This document shows positions 13,241-34,773 of a stretch of 64,000 nucleotides of DNA, in pieces. The notes under the pieces were generated by a model. It was given only the letters and a program-made list of their open reading frames with translations, searched no databases and had not been told where the DNA came from. The DNA comes from Macrostomum lignano (taxonomy: Eukaryota): the NCBI GenBank assembly GCA_002269645.1, contig NIVC01000206.1, forward strand, positions 558,001 to 622,000, read 5' to 3'. The translations under genes and the position numbers were made by a program. Every line of letters begins with the position of its first letter. Within the stretch, counting starts at the first letter, position 1.

Positions 13241-14109
13241 AGCAAAAGAAACACATCCCGGTTAAAGATGCTAGCATGCATACACAACCAGTAAACTGTT
13301 TCCAGGAATAAGCAATAAAAAGTACAAAAAACGAAGGGGGGCACAATGAGCAAGACAAATGAACTGGCTAGTATAAAAAAGCAGCAAGAGAAAATCTGTA
13401 TAAAACACGCAATGCATGGTTATTAAATTCCGAATATGACATGGCAGGGCATTAAGATACAAATTTAATGGAATAAAAATGGAATTAAAACACCATAGAG
13501 ATAGTGTTGTTAGCTTACCTGTAATACTAAGAAATACATAATTATAGTGACAAATAGCAATGGTTTTCAAACTGTAAAATACAATATAGCGAAAGCAATT
13601 ACGAAATGAAAGCGGGAAATACAAAACAAAAAACTGGTCAATTATTTTCTCACTATCGTGTAACATACGCTCATATTAAGTAGAAGATAAAGAATTGGCC
13701 AAACTCAAAAAAGACAAAAAATAATTAAATTATCTCCGTATTAATTTGTCAATTGGTTTGTCAAAAAGTCAGCACAATAAAAGTTGCTTTAAATCATACA
13801 GCATTTAAGACTGGCCTTTATTTAAGATTTAAAAGGACTATAGCGAGAATAATTAAATAGTATAACTATTTATATTACTGTCAGTAGGCAAGTCTGGACT
13901 CTTAAGTAAATAAAAAATAAGTACAATTTATAGCAATCAGGAATGAATGGACAACACAGACAAGCAGAAGATAAATATGTAGATTACTACTGGCAATAAA
14001 AGCCGTACGTAGATGGAACGTTTTGTCATTATTTTGGAAAATTTCAAATTTATAGCAGTTTGTCCTACAGTACTTTTGCAAAATTGTTTTATTCTCTTGG
14101 TGATTTTTA

Positions 14110-14460
14110 AATGTACATTAGGTTGGGTTTGGGTGTTAAGCGTGTGTGTACATTGGGGTGGGTTTGGGGGTAAGAGAGTGTGCACATTGGGGTGGGTTTG
14201 GGGGTAAGAGAGTGTGTACATTGGGGTGGGTTTGGGGGTAAGAGAGTGTGTACATTGGGGTGGGTTTGGGGGTAAGAGAGTGTGTACATTGGGGTGGGTT
14301 TGGGGGTAAGAGAGTGTGTACATTGGGGTGGGTTTGGGGGTAAGAGAGTGTGTACATTGGGGTGGGTTTGGGGGTAAGAGTGTGTACATCGGAGTGGGTT
14401 AGGGAAGTGTGTACACTGGGGTGGGTTTGGGAAGTGTGTACATTGGGGGCAGACTGGGGT
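14110..14460. repeat. 34-bp G-rich minisatellite (G-quadruplex-forming potential on + strand)
   Basis: Unit GTGTACATTGGGGTGGGTTTGGGGGTAAGAGAGT, three G-tracts per unit. Confidence 0.92.
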
Positions 14461-14557
14461 TTGTAGGACCGTGTAAAAGTGATAATAAATATTTGCCTGT
14501 CTAATAAATCATCAGAAACTCCGACTACAGCAGAGGATAGCCCAAGTTCAAGCCAGT

Positions 14558-14929
14558 TCAACCTTGCGCCAATTCGAAGTCGTCATCATCTGTAGTGCTG
14601 TCGCTGCCGCTACGCTCGTCCGAGAATACAATCCGATGTCTTTGGTCGCCGTCGGCATTTTCAATGTCCTCGTCGTCGTCTTCAATATCACCAGAAGCCA
14701 GAGGCGCAGCTTGCCTCTGTTGTTGCTGCTGCTGCTGCCCTTTCAGCCTGATAGCCAGATCTCTTTCTAGTTGATCGATCCTTCGCCGAAGATCTTCATT
14801 CTCGGTTGTCAATGACGCCATGCTATAACGTAATTCGGTCATACAGGCTGTCAGTTCGGTCACTTTAGACTGCAGCGAGGCGACAACAGCATCGGGTACG
14901 TCTCGAGCAGGACGAATTGGTTGCTGCTT
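14558..14929 (-). CDS. Putative alternative terminal exon of coronin (coiled coil plus acidic tail)
   Basis: Acceptor CTTTCTTCTAG| at 14930, phase 0, reading KQQPIRPARDVPDAVVASLQSKVTELTACMTELRYSMASLTTENEDLRRRIDQLERDL...DDDDFELAQG*; compatible with the phase-0 coronin donor at 21659. Confidence 0.65.
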   Translation of the reverse strand, partial: KQQPIRPARDVPDAVVASLQSKVTELTACMTELRYSMASLTTENEDLRRRIDQLERDLAIRLKGQQQQQQQRQAAPLASGDIEDDDEDIENADGDQRHRIVFSDERSGSDSTTDDDDFELAQG

Positions 14930-15189
14930 CTAGAAGAAAGCCAGGCGGGCAAATAGGTGGGAGGGAAACTTCTTAATTTCGATGGTTGACCTGGCGCTAG
15001 TGTTCATGGGAAATTTGAAAACAAACAACATAAATTAAAAGCAACAGAACAAATGTGCAATACATGAAAAAAATGATCCTTTGAGTGCACTTTTGATTAG
15101 CTCTTGGGCATGCTTATCTATCAAGAACATGTCTTTTATTTCTGGGGTAGTTTGGTCATATGCATCATCTAGCTGGGTGGTGTTTGGTC

Positions 15190-15520
15190 ATAGGCTATCG
15201 CCTCTATAGGGGAGTCTGGTCAAAGGTGAGAGTCTGAGAGTCTGGTCATAGGGGAGAGTCTGGTCGTAGGAAAGAGTCTGGTCATAGAGGAGAGTCTGGT
15301 CATAGAGAAGAGTCTGGTCATAGAGGAGAGTCTGGTCATAGGGGAGAGTCTGGTTATAGTTGAAAGTCTGGTCATAGAGGAGAGTCTAGTCATAGAAGAG
15401 AGTCTGGTCATAGAGGAGAGTCTGGTCATAGGTGAGAGTCTGGTCATAGGGAAGAGTCTGGTTATAGTTGAAAGTCTGGTCATAGCGGAGAGTGGTCATA
15501 GGTGAGATTCTGGTCAAAGA
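15190..15520. repeat. 18-bp minisatellite
   Basis: Unit GGTCATAGAGGAGAGTCT. Confidence 0.88.
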
Positions 15521-16149
15521 CAATAATTTTCAAGACTTGTAAAATGACGAAATACATGTACATCCAGAGGAAATTATAGAATTTAAGGACAACAAAAGAA
15601 TTCAAAAAACCAATCACCGCAATTATTTTTTCTTACCTATCACTTATAGGATGAGATAGAATAAAAAACCAAAAATAGAATTAAAATAAAAGAAACTGAC
15701 CAAAACCACCATAAGCTACTGACTTTAGTAACAACACAACAGTTAAACACAACAAATGTTTATGCTTTAAAGGTTAAAAGCAAGTAGAAATGCGTTCTAC
15801 TCAATCATTAAGTTTACCTATACACGTGGAAAAACAGATGCCACCGAACTTGACCTTGATTTGACCTTTGAAGTTGACTTTAACATTGGCTTGACCTTTG
15901 GCCTATATCCGACAATCTCGAAGATTCCGCATCATGACCTCAAAATCTTTCTTTCTATCGCGAAGATAAAATTGAAACTATTTTGGTATTTGACATAGAA
16001 ACAGAGACAAAGAAAAAATTATGAATGGAATGAATTTTTAACTGCTATCGTGACGTTTGTGGAGTTTAGATATTTAGATTTTTAGCTGAGATTTAGAGTA
16101 GTGTGATAAATTGGATGTTTTGAACGTATAATTTCTTTGTTTTAGGACT

Positions 16150-16540
16150 GGGATTTGATATTTTTAGTTAGGATTAGGGATTTTTAGTTTTAGGATTAGG
16201 GATTTTTAGTTTTAGGATTAGGGATTTTTAGTTTTAGGATTTGGGATTTTTAGTTTTAGGATTTGGGATTTTTAGTTACGATTGAAGTTTTTAGTTTCAG
16301 GATTAGGGATTTTTTGTTTTGGGATTTGGGATTGAAAGGTTTAGGATTTCACTTATTTTTAGGATTAGGGATTCTTTGTTTTAGGATTAAGGATTTTTTG
16401 TTTTAGGATTAGGGATTTAACGTTTTAAGATTAGATTAATTTTTAGGATTTGGGATTTAACGTTTTAAGATTAGATTAATTTTTACGATTTGGGATTTAT
16501 AGTTTTGAAATTTGGGATTTTTAGCTTAAAACTTAGGATT
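16150..16540. repeat. Degenerate ~22-bp TTAGGG-containing repeat
   Basis: GGGATTTTTAGTTTTAGGATTA-type units. Confidence 0.8.
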
Positions 16541-16638
16541 ATTAGTTTTGGAATGAAGTTCTTGGGAGGAATAAAAACAGATTAGTTGCTAGATAGGATA
16601 GAAGACTTAGGCTTAGAATGAGACTGAGAATGAGAGAC

Positions 16639-25889
<9,251 letters not shown>

Positions 25890-26091
25890 TCAATGATGGG
25901 GTCGGGATTTGATTGGCTGGAAGAAATAATGTAAATTGCATAGGTGTACACTATCATAGGCAATCCTATAGCCATAGTTAAGATTGTACATGCGCAACCC
26001 CTCCCCCCTGATTTACATTGGCCGTGCGCCTTACTTTTTGACCAAAGATGCGACTTACCTATGAAAGAAACCTAGGCAAAAATAAACTTTT

Positions 26092-26155
26092 GGGTAAACG
26101 GCGGGAGTAACTATAACTGCATTTTTTAGGCTAAATGCCTCGGCATCTAATTAGT
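26092..26155 (+). pseudogene. Isolated 64-bp fragment of eukaryotic 28S rRNA (helix 69-71 region)
   Basis: GGGTAAACGGCGGGAGTAACTAT-A-ACT-[14 diverged nt]-AAATGCCTCG-G-CATCTAATTAGT versus canonical GGGTAAACGGCGGGAGTAACTATGACTCTCTTAAGGTAGCCAAATGCCTCGTCATCTAATTAGT (recalled): 48 of 64 positions identical, in blocks of 23, 3, 10 and 12 nt. Confidence 0.85.
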
Positions 26156-26476
26156 ACCACGTTTGTACTTTTGGGTGGGCATTTTAGCGACCTACCTCGG
26201 CAGGGCCCCTCGCTAGCCGGCCAGATCGGCCAGGTGTTGCGCATGTATCGCTAAGATGAAACTAAATAAAAATTAGCCCCTCAAATTGCCATTAGCAATC
26301 TGATATTTTGGCATCAGTAATCAATGTATGAACTTTAATTTTCCATGGCAATTTTCTGTCAGATTTTTTACTTTAATTTCAACAGTACTCTGTACTGTGA
26401 TGAGTCAGTCTAGAGTGTAAATTCAGTGTGGCTGCATGCTTGTAAAATGAATTATGCGCTCCTGCAAAACTACCAT

Positions 26477-26771
26477 ACTTATGTAGTCTAGTGCTTAAAG
26501 CCTTGGCCTCACAAACTGAAAGTCAGGAGTTCAATTCCCAATACCACTTGGAACAATTTGTGTCCTTGAGCAAGACAATTAACTCTGCATTGCTTCAGTT
26601 CACCTAGCTGTAAAATTGGTGTCAGAATTAGCTGGGGTAATTGAAGGTGTGTGTCGTGACACCCCCCCCCCAGTCCTTGGACTGAACAGCTGTTTGCAGC
26701 CTCCAGACATGCCATGCAAAAGCTACAGCTAAGCTGTTGGTTGGGGCAGGTGTAATCAATTATTACTATTA
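26477..26771 (+). mobile_element. tRNA-derived SINE with CORE-like central domain (older copy)
   Basis: Colinear with the 51602 copy: degraded A/B boxes, TGTGTCCTTGAGCAAGAC..AACTCTGC.TTGCTTCAGTT.ACC.AGCTGTAAAA core, shared 3' end GGGCAGGTGTAATCAATTATTA. Confidence 0.85.
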
Positions 26772-26838
26772 CAAAACTACCCTGGACTTGCATGAGTTCA
26801 GCTTTAAGCATTTGAGCTCCAAGTACCAACTAGCAACA

Positions 26839-27447
26839 TAGGATGGAATTCTTACACAAAAGTTGTTACACATTTGTGTGCACTTGTAAAATTTGTGCAC
26901 GCTTGCGCACTGAAAAAGAGCCTACTTGCGCATTCTTAAAGAAGGTGTGTGCATGCTCCATCGTATGCACTTGCGCAAGAAGCTGTTTGCTGCAGAATCA
27001 CAGACAGGATTTGACTTTTATATGCATTCAACAAGGTTATATGCCATGTGGCATATGTGCGCTCAAGTTCTCCTACTTTTCATAGTCTGGAAGGTTGTTT
27101 CCAGATTTTCAAAACAATTTCGCCGGAAAATTTCAAAACAAAAGTAAAACAAAGAATAATAGTTTTAATCAAAAGCAGTTACTTTAAAGTTTAGTAAAAC
27201 TCTTATCATTTTAAAGAATATTTTCTTAAAAGAAATGTAGTGTTCAAGCTGCTTTAAACTTGAAGTACATTTTTTTAATTTACGTCGGCATAGAATTGAA
27301 AAACTAGAAAAATGAAATTTCATTTCTTGCGCATGGGCCACCATGATCCACATTATGACTTATTTTTACAGTTGGCATGCGCACTTGCACGCTGCTCTAA
27401 AAATGTGTGCGCACGGTTTCCTACCCCCGAGCAAGAATTCCATCCTG
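26839..27447. mobile_element. Putative MITE (~610 bp) with 17-bp imperfect TIRs
   Basis: Left TAGGATGGAATTCTTAC; right GCAAGAATTCCATCCTG (reverse complement CAGGATGGAATTCTTGC). No clean TSD. Confidence 0.5.
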
Positions 27448-29579
27448 GCTGCAATTCTATCTGCAATTAGATTGGAGAATTGGGCCTAAGATAGGCTTTT
27501 TTGTTTCTAGAAGCTGCAACTCTGACTGCAAAAAACAACTCCTAAAAACCTTGTTGATATTTTTTAAATGAAAACTAATCTGATTGATTAAAGTGATCTA
27601 GATCCTTTATAGTGTATAACTAACTGAAAAACAAGACACCATTTTATTATTATAAATGTTTTATTAACTTTAATAAGAATGCAAAATTGTATTCAGGGTT
27701 TAGTTTTAGGATGTGCTTTTTTTAAACTATCAGGGTACAATATTGCATCCAATGTCTAATTTTAAGAGGCAATTTGGAAGGTCAAGATGATATAACATTC
27801 TTATCATACAAAAAACCTAGATTATAAAAACAATTTTGATATCCAACTTTAAACTTAACAATTGGACTATACATCTATATGTATATATAGGCTTTAGAAT
27901 AAAATTAATAATTCATGAGTTATATTTATAATAATTTTACAAGCAAGAAAATTAAGGTATCTCTAGGTAATGAATTAAACAACTATAATCAACAGTTTTA
28001 ACTCTTATATATATCTATAGACCTATATACATTTATATTTAAAATTATAATTTATAACTCTTTAATTGAAAAAATCCATTAACTAGGCCTAGTTATTTCA
28101 AATAACAATGTTAGCATCTATTTATGATAGGCCTATAAAAATTGTCCTGTCTAGGCCTACTTTTTACAAAATCCTAGATGCATTCTATAGTGCTGATAAA
28201 AACTTCCATACTCGCATATACATTGCTGGCAAAGTTGCATAATTCTAAAAGGTTTATTATGTGCATACTTTTATTTGTTTAAAAACTTGCCTGTTTTATT
28301 TAAAAATGTTGAATATTGTACTTTTCATAGTAAAACAAAGTTTTTGCATTTAAAATCAAAGCCACTGAGTATTCCATTGACAATAGGCCTAAAAGAGAAT
28401 TATAAAACTTTTTAAAGTATTTATTTAAAGTTTGTTGCAACCTCCTAAAAAAGTTGTTTTAATAATTTAAGTGCCAAGAAACTTACACAGTTAAGGGTAA
28501 AAAATTGCCCAAAAATTTGAATAGGGCCTATAACTTTTTCTTCCAATAGGGCCTACTACCATGCAAAGATTCCAACCTAGATTGAGGCTTAGAGTCTCAG
28601 ACATGCCCAACCCTAAAAATTTCACCCATCCAGTGAGACATAGGGCCTAGTTTTGTCCAGATTTGCAACTTAGTTCCTCTTGATTGCGACTTAGTTCCTC
28701 TTAATTGCAACTTAGGCCCTAGTTCTCCCAATTATGACTTAATTTTCACTTTGTATATGACTTTTCTTGCCTTTTTCTCTTTTCTTCTCTTTCTCGTTCT
28801 CTCCTCTTTCCCTCTCTTTCTTCTCCCTCTTTTCTTTTCTTTTTCTCTTCCTCTCCTTTCTTTCTTCCCCTAATTTTTAGTTTTTCACCATTTCTAATTT
28901 TGCAACTTACCTTGGCTAGTGGCCATTTTACCTTTCTAGTTTAGAAGGGTGTTGGGCATGTATGTTGAGGCTAGTGGTGGTGTGGCATATGGTGCTGGCA
29001 CAGTGGTGGTGCAGGGCATGGCAATGCATGCTAGATGTTTTAAATTTTATTGTGCAAATGGAAAAAATTAATTGTTAAAACGCAGAATTGGGTATATATG
29101 TAATATACAACTGCAATCCTAAAATGTTATATACATAAAAGTATAAAACTAGCGATGGATCCAAATAGTCGAATTCCAAATCCGAATCCGAAAGTCTCAC
29201 TTTTTTAGAAATCTGAATGTTTCGGATTCAGCAATCCAAATATACTAAATCTCTAAATTTTTCTAAATTTCCAAATGTGCTTCCGAATATTAAAAAATCA
29301 AAAAAACCAAAACAAAATTACGCGAACCTAAAATATATCACCCAAAGGATAATACCACTTTTTAAAATTGGCATTGACTAATGGCAGGCGAGTTGCCACG
29401 ACGAAGCAATAATTTGCTAACTTTCATTTTTAAATTTTTGCATGCTAGTGTCGAAATTTCGTGTTTCTTTTCCATTACTTGGGATGACATCACTCCCGCC
29501 GGTGAATTTGCATGTTTCCCGCATTATGCTTCTCGCTTATCTGACGCTGGACAAAAGCCGTTAATTTTGTTTTATTCTA

Positions 29580-30060
29580 TGTGTTGTGTTTAATGCCGCC
29601 CCGCGTTATGCCCCTTTTGCGTGAATTAATGCTTCCATGTACATGTACATGCCCAGCCGATGCTCCATTTTGTGAACCGTATTTCTTTGTATATTTAAAC
29701 GCGATGCTACATGTTTTCTGCATGCTTCTCCTTTCCCGCTGGTTTACCCTTCCCTTTTGCTTACCATTTGCTCTAGTGCCCCCCCCCCTGATTTTGCTTG
29801 TTTAAGTTCTTATAAATTTTCTTGTTTTGTTCCAGCACCCGCCTCATCTCCGCAGTGTCGAGTCTATTAAGTAACTTCAATTTATCCAGCCTGCAAACTA
29901 GTAACAAGACTTAATAAACGTGAACTTTAACTATTTATTCGTTGAACCAGGCCATTGTATTTCTTGACTCCTTGCGTAAAATAACCAAAGTTCTCATCTC
30001 AAAGAAAGCTCTGAGACTTAAATCGTTCCGTAATACGTAAATTACGGTGGTGGCAGCAAC
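29580..30060 (+). mobile_element. Possible LTR-retrotransposon LTR remnant
   Basis: TG start, TATAAA at 29811, AATAAA at 29913, then a PBS-like TGGTGGCAGC at 30048; no recognisable gag/pol follows. Confidence 0.3.
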
Positions 30061-30700
30061 TACTCTACTGAAAGTAACCAGCTCAGAAAATCTACACCTT
30101 TAGTTACGGTGTCAGAATCTCCGGTGTTTCATCGATTGAACGACCGCGCCGCTACAAGACCGCTCCGCTACGATTACGACTACCCTCCCCCCGGACTTGA
30201 GAACCCGGCAGACGGAGTAAAACAGCAGAAAGATTTCGTTGTGATTCTTCTGCGCGATTTCCGGCTTTATTCGTGCGAACTCAACGCCGCCGGCAATTCA
30301 AACGTGGAATCCACCCCACACCACACACCAGTGCTGGTGTCAGCAACTAATTTCAAACAACCAATTACCAAGAAAACTTTCTCCGCCCCACCTTACTATG
30401 TTTTCTAATAAAGTTTGAGCAACACGGTAATTATCTCCTAATATGGCTATTTTCAAGCTTTACAGCATAAGCTTAAAAATTTCAGCAAATTTAAAACAAT
30501 ATTTTTAGTTTGCTGTCTGTTTAAAAATTTGCAATCAAAGAATTTGCTTTGTTCTACTGCGGAAATAATTTGTACGCCCGAATCCGTTAAAAATGGGTTT
30601 CCGATGCAAAAAGTCCCCCAAGATTTTAATAAACTCATTCACTGCTTCAGCATAACCTGCAATTATAGTAGGATCCATGAAATAGAGTCAGCTTTTCTTG

Positions 30701-33272
30701 CCCTAGATGAAGTTCTGTTTACTCATTCTTGGCAGATCTGTTCTTACTTAAATTTCTTAGCAGATCTGTGAATTTTGGTTAACACATTCTTAACAGATCT
30801 TTTCTTACTTAAATCTCTTAGCAGATCTGTATCTGCTTTTGTCTTACAAGATCTTACAAATCTTTGCAAGCCATTTTTTAGTGTTTGGTACGTAGAAAAC
30901 ATTCGTGATTTTTAGAAAATACTTATTAGGTAAAGAGAAAACAAAATTTCCAACTGTATATCAGAAAAAAGACTTTCGTATATTTTCACATTTCTCTGCT
31001 GGATCTTGTCAGATCAGCTCTTGCAGATCTGTACAGACCAGTTTTGAAAAGTGTCTGAATTGTTTTTTTCCACAAAATATTTAACATTATAGTAATTACG
31101 TTTTTTTAATGATTTGTATTTATTTTAGTTGTTCTTCTGGCAGCCAACAGTAAATAAATTTGTTTAAATATTCTTTCTGCAGTTCTGAACATAGTGGACC
31201 CTTATAGTTTGAATTCTCGCTCTTGCAATTTATCCATCCATCTCAGTTCAGTTCTTTCTTTTGACTTTGCCGAATACGTAATTTTTAATTCCTTAAATTG
31301 TTTCATAGTGTAGTATCACTATTTTTTACTTTTTTAGCCATAATAACTTTTTTGATTGAGTATAGCATGGCTTTAAATAAAGAGCAGATTGCGTCATCAA
31401 TTAAAAAAATTTGACATAATTGACAGACTGACTATAAAATGTATGCTATATATATATCTATATAATATATATATATCTAGGCTTGTCTCCTACTCCCAGG
31501 CCTATAAGTATGAGTAGGCCTAGGCCTATGACTTTGTTCTATGCTTTAATAGAAACAGAATGCATGTCTAGACCTAGTGATGTTGTCCATTAATAATTCA
31601 TTAATCCATTAATAATTCAGAAATTCAGTTCAGTTACATACATAGATCAGTATTTTTTGTATTCTTTTGCATTTCATTATATTATATTTATATATACATA
31701 TCTAGTTCTAGCCCCTAGGCTAGGGCTAGGCTAGTTCTAGTGACCTAGCTAGTAAGTAAATCTTAATTAAATAGGTCTATTCTGTTTTTGTTTGTTTTAT
31801 TTGTTTTTATTTGCTTATCTAGATTTATAAATAGGTAGACTGACATATCTGTAAAACTTGGTTTTAATCCCTCCTTGATTTTAAACACTTAGGTTAAGAG
31901 TATAATGTCTATTTTTAGTAAATAGTGTTATAACTAGGCTTAGGCCCTATCATTTTAATTTTAAAATAAAATAGGCCCTACTCTACTAAAAATTGTAATT
32001 GCTATATAGGGTATAGTTTTTATGAATAAAAATTAAACCTGGATGCTTAAATATAGGCTTATGGTTGTTAGAAAGTTATCTTAAGCCTTGATCTACTATT
32101 TGAAGAATGTAGATAGGCATAGCAAAATCTAAAAGTATTTATACTAGATAGGCCTAGATGAATAATATGAGAAATATAGAATAGAAGAAAACAGGTCTAA
32201 ATTTAATTAGACCAAAGAAATTTTACAAAAGTTATTACTCTGACTATATAAAAACATAACAACAATATTTGTTTTATATTTTAGTTATTTTGAATTGAAT
32301 ATTAATGTTTAAAATCCTAGAACTTTATTACAATTTTCCCTTTCATTGCAGCTACTTTACATGGTCAATATGGCATCGCTACTTATGGGTTCCAAGCTTG
32401 TCTTTATACCAAGTGGCAAAGTGGCAAGCATCCTATGATTGCTAAAAGAAAAATGAAGCCAGCCTAAAGTAAAAATGCAACATGATAAAGAGCCCTAAAG
32501 TATTACTAAGAGCTCTTAATAGACCTACTTTTATTGATAACAAAGTAAGCTTTCTAGCAATATTGACTTTAAAATCTTTCAGTACTGGACTCTTTCAGTT
32601 TCAATTATTTGCAAACCAATTTAATTGTAACATTGTAGTAAAAGATGCACCTGGTTTTTTAAAATGTTTCTGCTTCTATTTTTTAGTTTCTAAAAGTATT
32701 GCTCACCCTAATTTCATTAGTCCATTGTACCATTAGTATTTTTTCTATTGAGTGTGTGCTTAACTTTTGTTTTGAAGTTGACTTATTTTTTGCTTGTGCT
32801 ATTTCCCTTGTGCATACAAGTTTTATTTCATGAGCATATATGTGTATTTGTTTACATTTTCACAAATAAATATGTCTACTTTATTTTGATTGTTCAATGA
32901 CATTTGCTTTTGTTCTGGCAGCTTACTAGCACAATACTAAAAGTGCAGAATCAAATAAGAAAGTCCTGTCATAACTCGTGTTCTTTATTGGAATTAAATT
33001 AGTGCATTGGGTTTTATAAATGGATTACTAAACAGATCTGGGAAGATTTGATAAGACGGACAATGCATTCAATTGGTAAAGCTTAATACATCTTACAAGA
33101 TCTGCCCAGATCTCCTAAGATCTGCTCGTGCAGACCGTGCAAGATCTTCCTGCAGATCTTGTAAGTTCTGCCTATATATTTTAATAGTGCAGATCTGTTA
33201 CGTTCTTGCAAGAACGTAGCGAGAAGCTCCAGACAGATCTGCTAAGAAATGGCATGACGATTTCATCTAGGG
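30701..33272. mobile_element. Non-autonomous CACTA/EnSpm-like DNA transposon (2572 bp)
   Basis: TIR CCCTAGATGAA (30701) / TTCATCTAGGG (33272), TG dinucleotide on both flanks (2-bp TSD), inverted subterminal ATTTCTTAGCAGATCTG and many CAGATCT motifs at both ends; AT-rich non-coding interior. Confidence 0.75.
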
Positions 33273-34773
33273 TGTTCTTTATACTAGGCCTATAGGTATT
33301 TAAGTATGTTAACATTTGCTGTCATGCACCACATTTATGACCATAAAGCTGGCTGCGCTTCATGACCACGATACAATAGAAAATAAAATTATGGCTACTA
33401 AGGAATCGCGTCTAGCTATTGTTTAAATTTTTAACCAACTGGCAGGGGCGTCGCCATGGATTTTATGATGGGGGGACAAAGCCAAGAATTCAACATGTAC
33501 ATCATGTACATGACTGAATTCATTACATGTCCATTATTTTAAGATTCGGCTACACTCGATTGTCTAATTGCATTTCAACTATGTACATTTACCATGTCTT
33601 TGGTCTTAATTGCCTCTCCTTGTAAAAACGACTTCCTTTTTTTCCTGAAATCTCATGATTTGTTTTTTATGCATTTTTATGCATGTAATTTTTAGCATCT
33701 GCACTTGTGTGATAATTATGGCCGAATTCCATTAGAGCCTTGAAATTTCGTACATATAGTGATAGTGAATAGTACACGTGCACAGTGCAGTGCCACTGCA
33801 TGCTACACTTTTTATCAAATCATTTCCTGTCTTTTAAATATTATCTTCTGTGTACTATCGATTATGTCGTCATAATCAGGGGGAGCGGCGGAGCCAGAAA
33901 TCTGACTGCCATGTTTTGAGTTTTGACCAATATGCGATAATTTGCATGACATGTAGCTGTAACGTGTACGCATGATAGGCTTGTGAGTGAAAAATCCGTT
34001 GTGTAAGCTTGGTGTAGTGTAACGCATGCAAGAAGTCAATCAGGTACATGTATTTGATTAGTGGCATTCAAATGGCTGGCATGTGGTCAAATAATGGTTG
34101 GCAGTCAACTGATGACAGTCAAACGAACGGTTGGCAGGCAGTCCAACGGCTGTCGCGGTCAGATGTCGTGGACCCATGGCAGATCATTGAGATGATTAGC
34201 GGCGCAGAAGTTTAAAAGTCCTAGCTACATGTATATACAAGTAAGTAGTCTTTGTTTTCAAGTATTTTAGAGTACAATAAGGGTGTGAAATGTAGCTCAC
34301 TGATTTTCGTTATCAGCTTGTTGTCTGGTTTTGCTGTTTCATTAGTTTCCAAAAATAGACAATTCGCGGCCATTTCATTGACTGATCTTGCCGCCGCATG
34401 TTTTTATCAATTTAGGCCAGGCGTGAGCCAACCCCCACCCCATAAAACCGGCTAACCCCCAGGCCTAAACCCTTCTCACACAGCTGTACACAAGCTTGGC
34501 CGATTAAGCACATTGGGAGGGGGTAGAAAAAAGTGGGGTGGTTGTCGCTCCGCCTGCCGCCCGCCTAGCTCTATAGCCAATAATTAAAGCGACTATAGGT
34601 GACTGCGTATTAGCCCTCTCCCTCCATCCTTTAGTTAGTGTTAAAGTTCTAGAAGTCTAAGCGCTGTGAGCTGAGAATCTCGCGTCAACAGTCTGAGTCT
34701 TATCTAAAATATTCTGCCAAGCTTAAACCCAAGCCTTAGTTGTAGGCTAAAACAGGCATTAAAATCGACAGCT

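Noticed and set aside
26092-26155. rRNA gene locus
   Set aside because: Only 64 bp match and the flanks are unrelated to rDNA.
29150-29300. MITE end with GAATCC motifs (also near 3455 and 9350)
   Set aside because: No matching second terminus or TSD could be located, so it is not supportable as an element.
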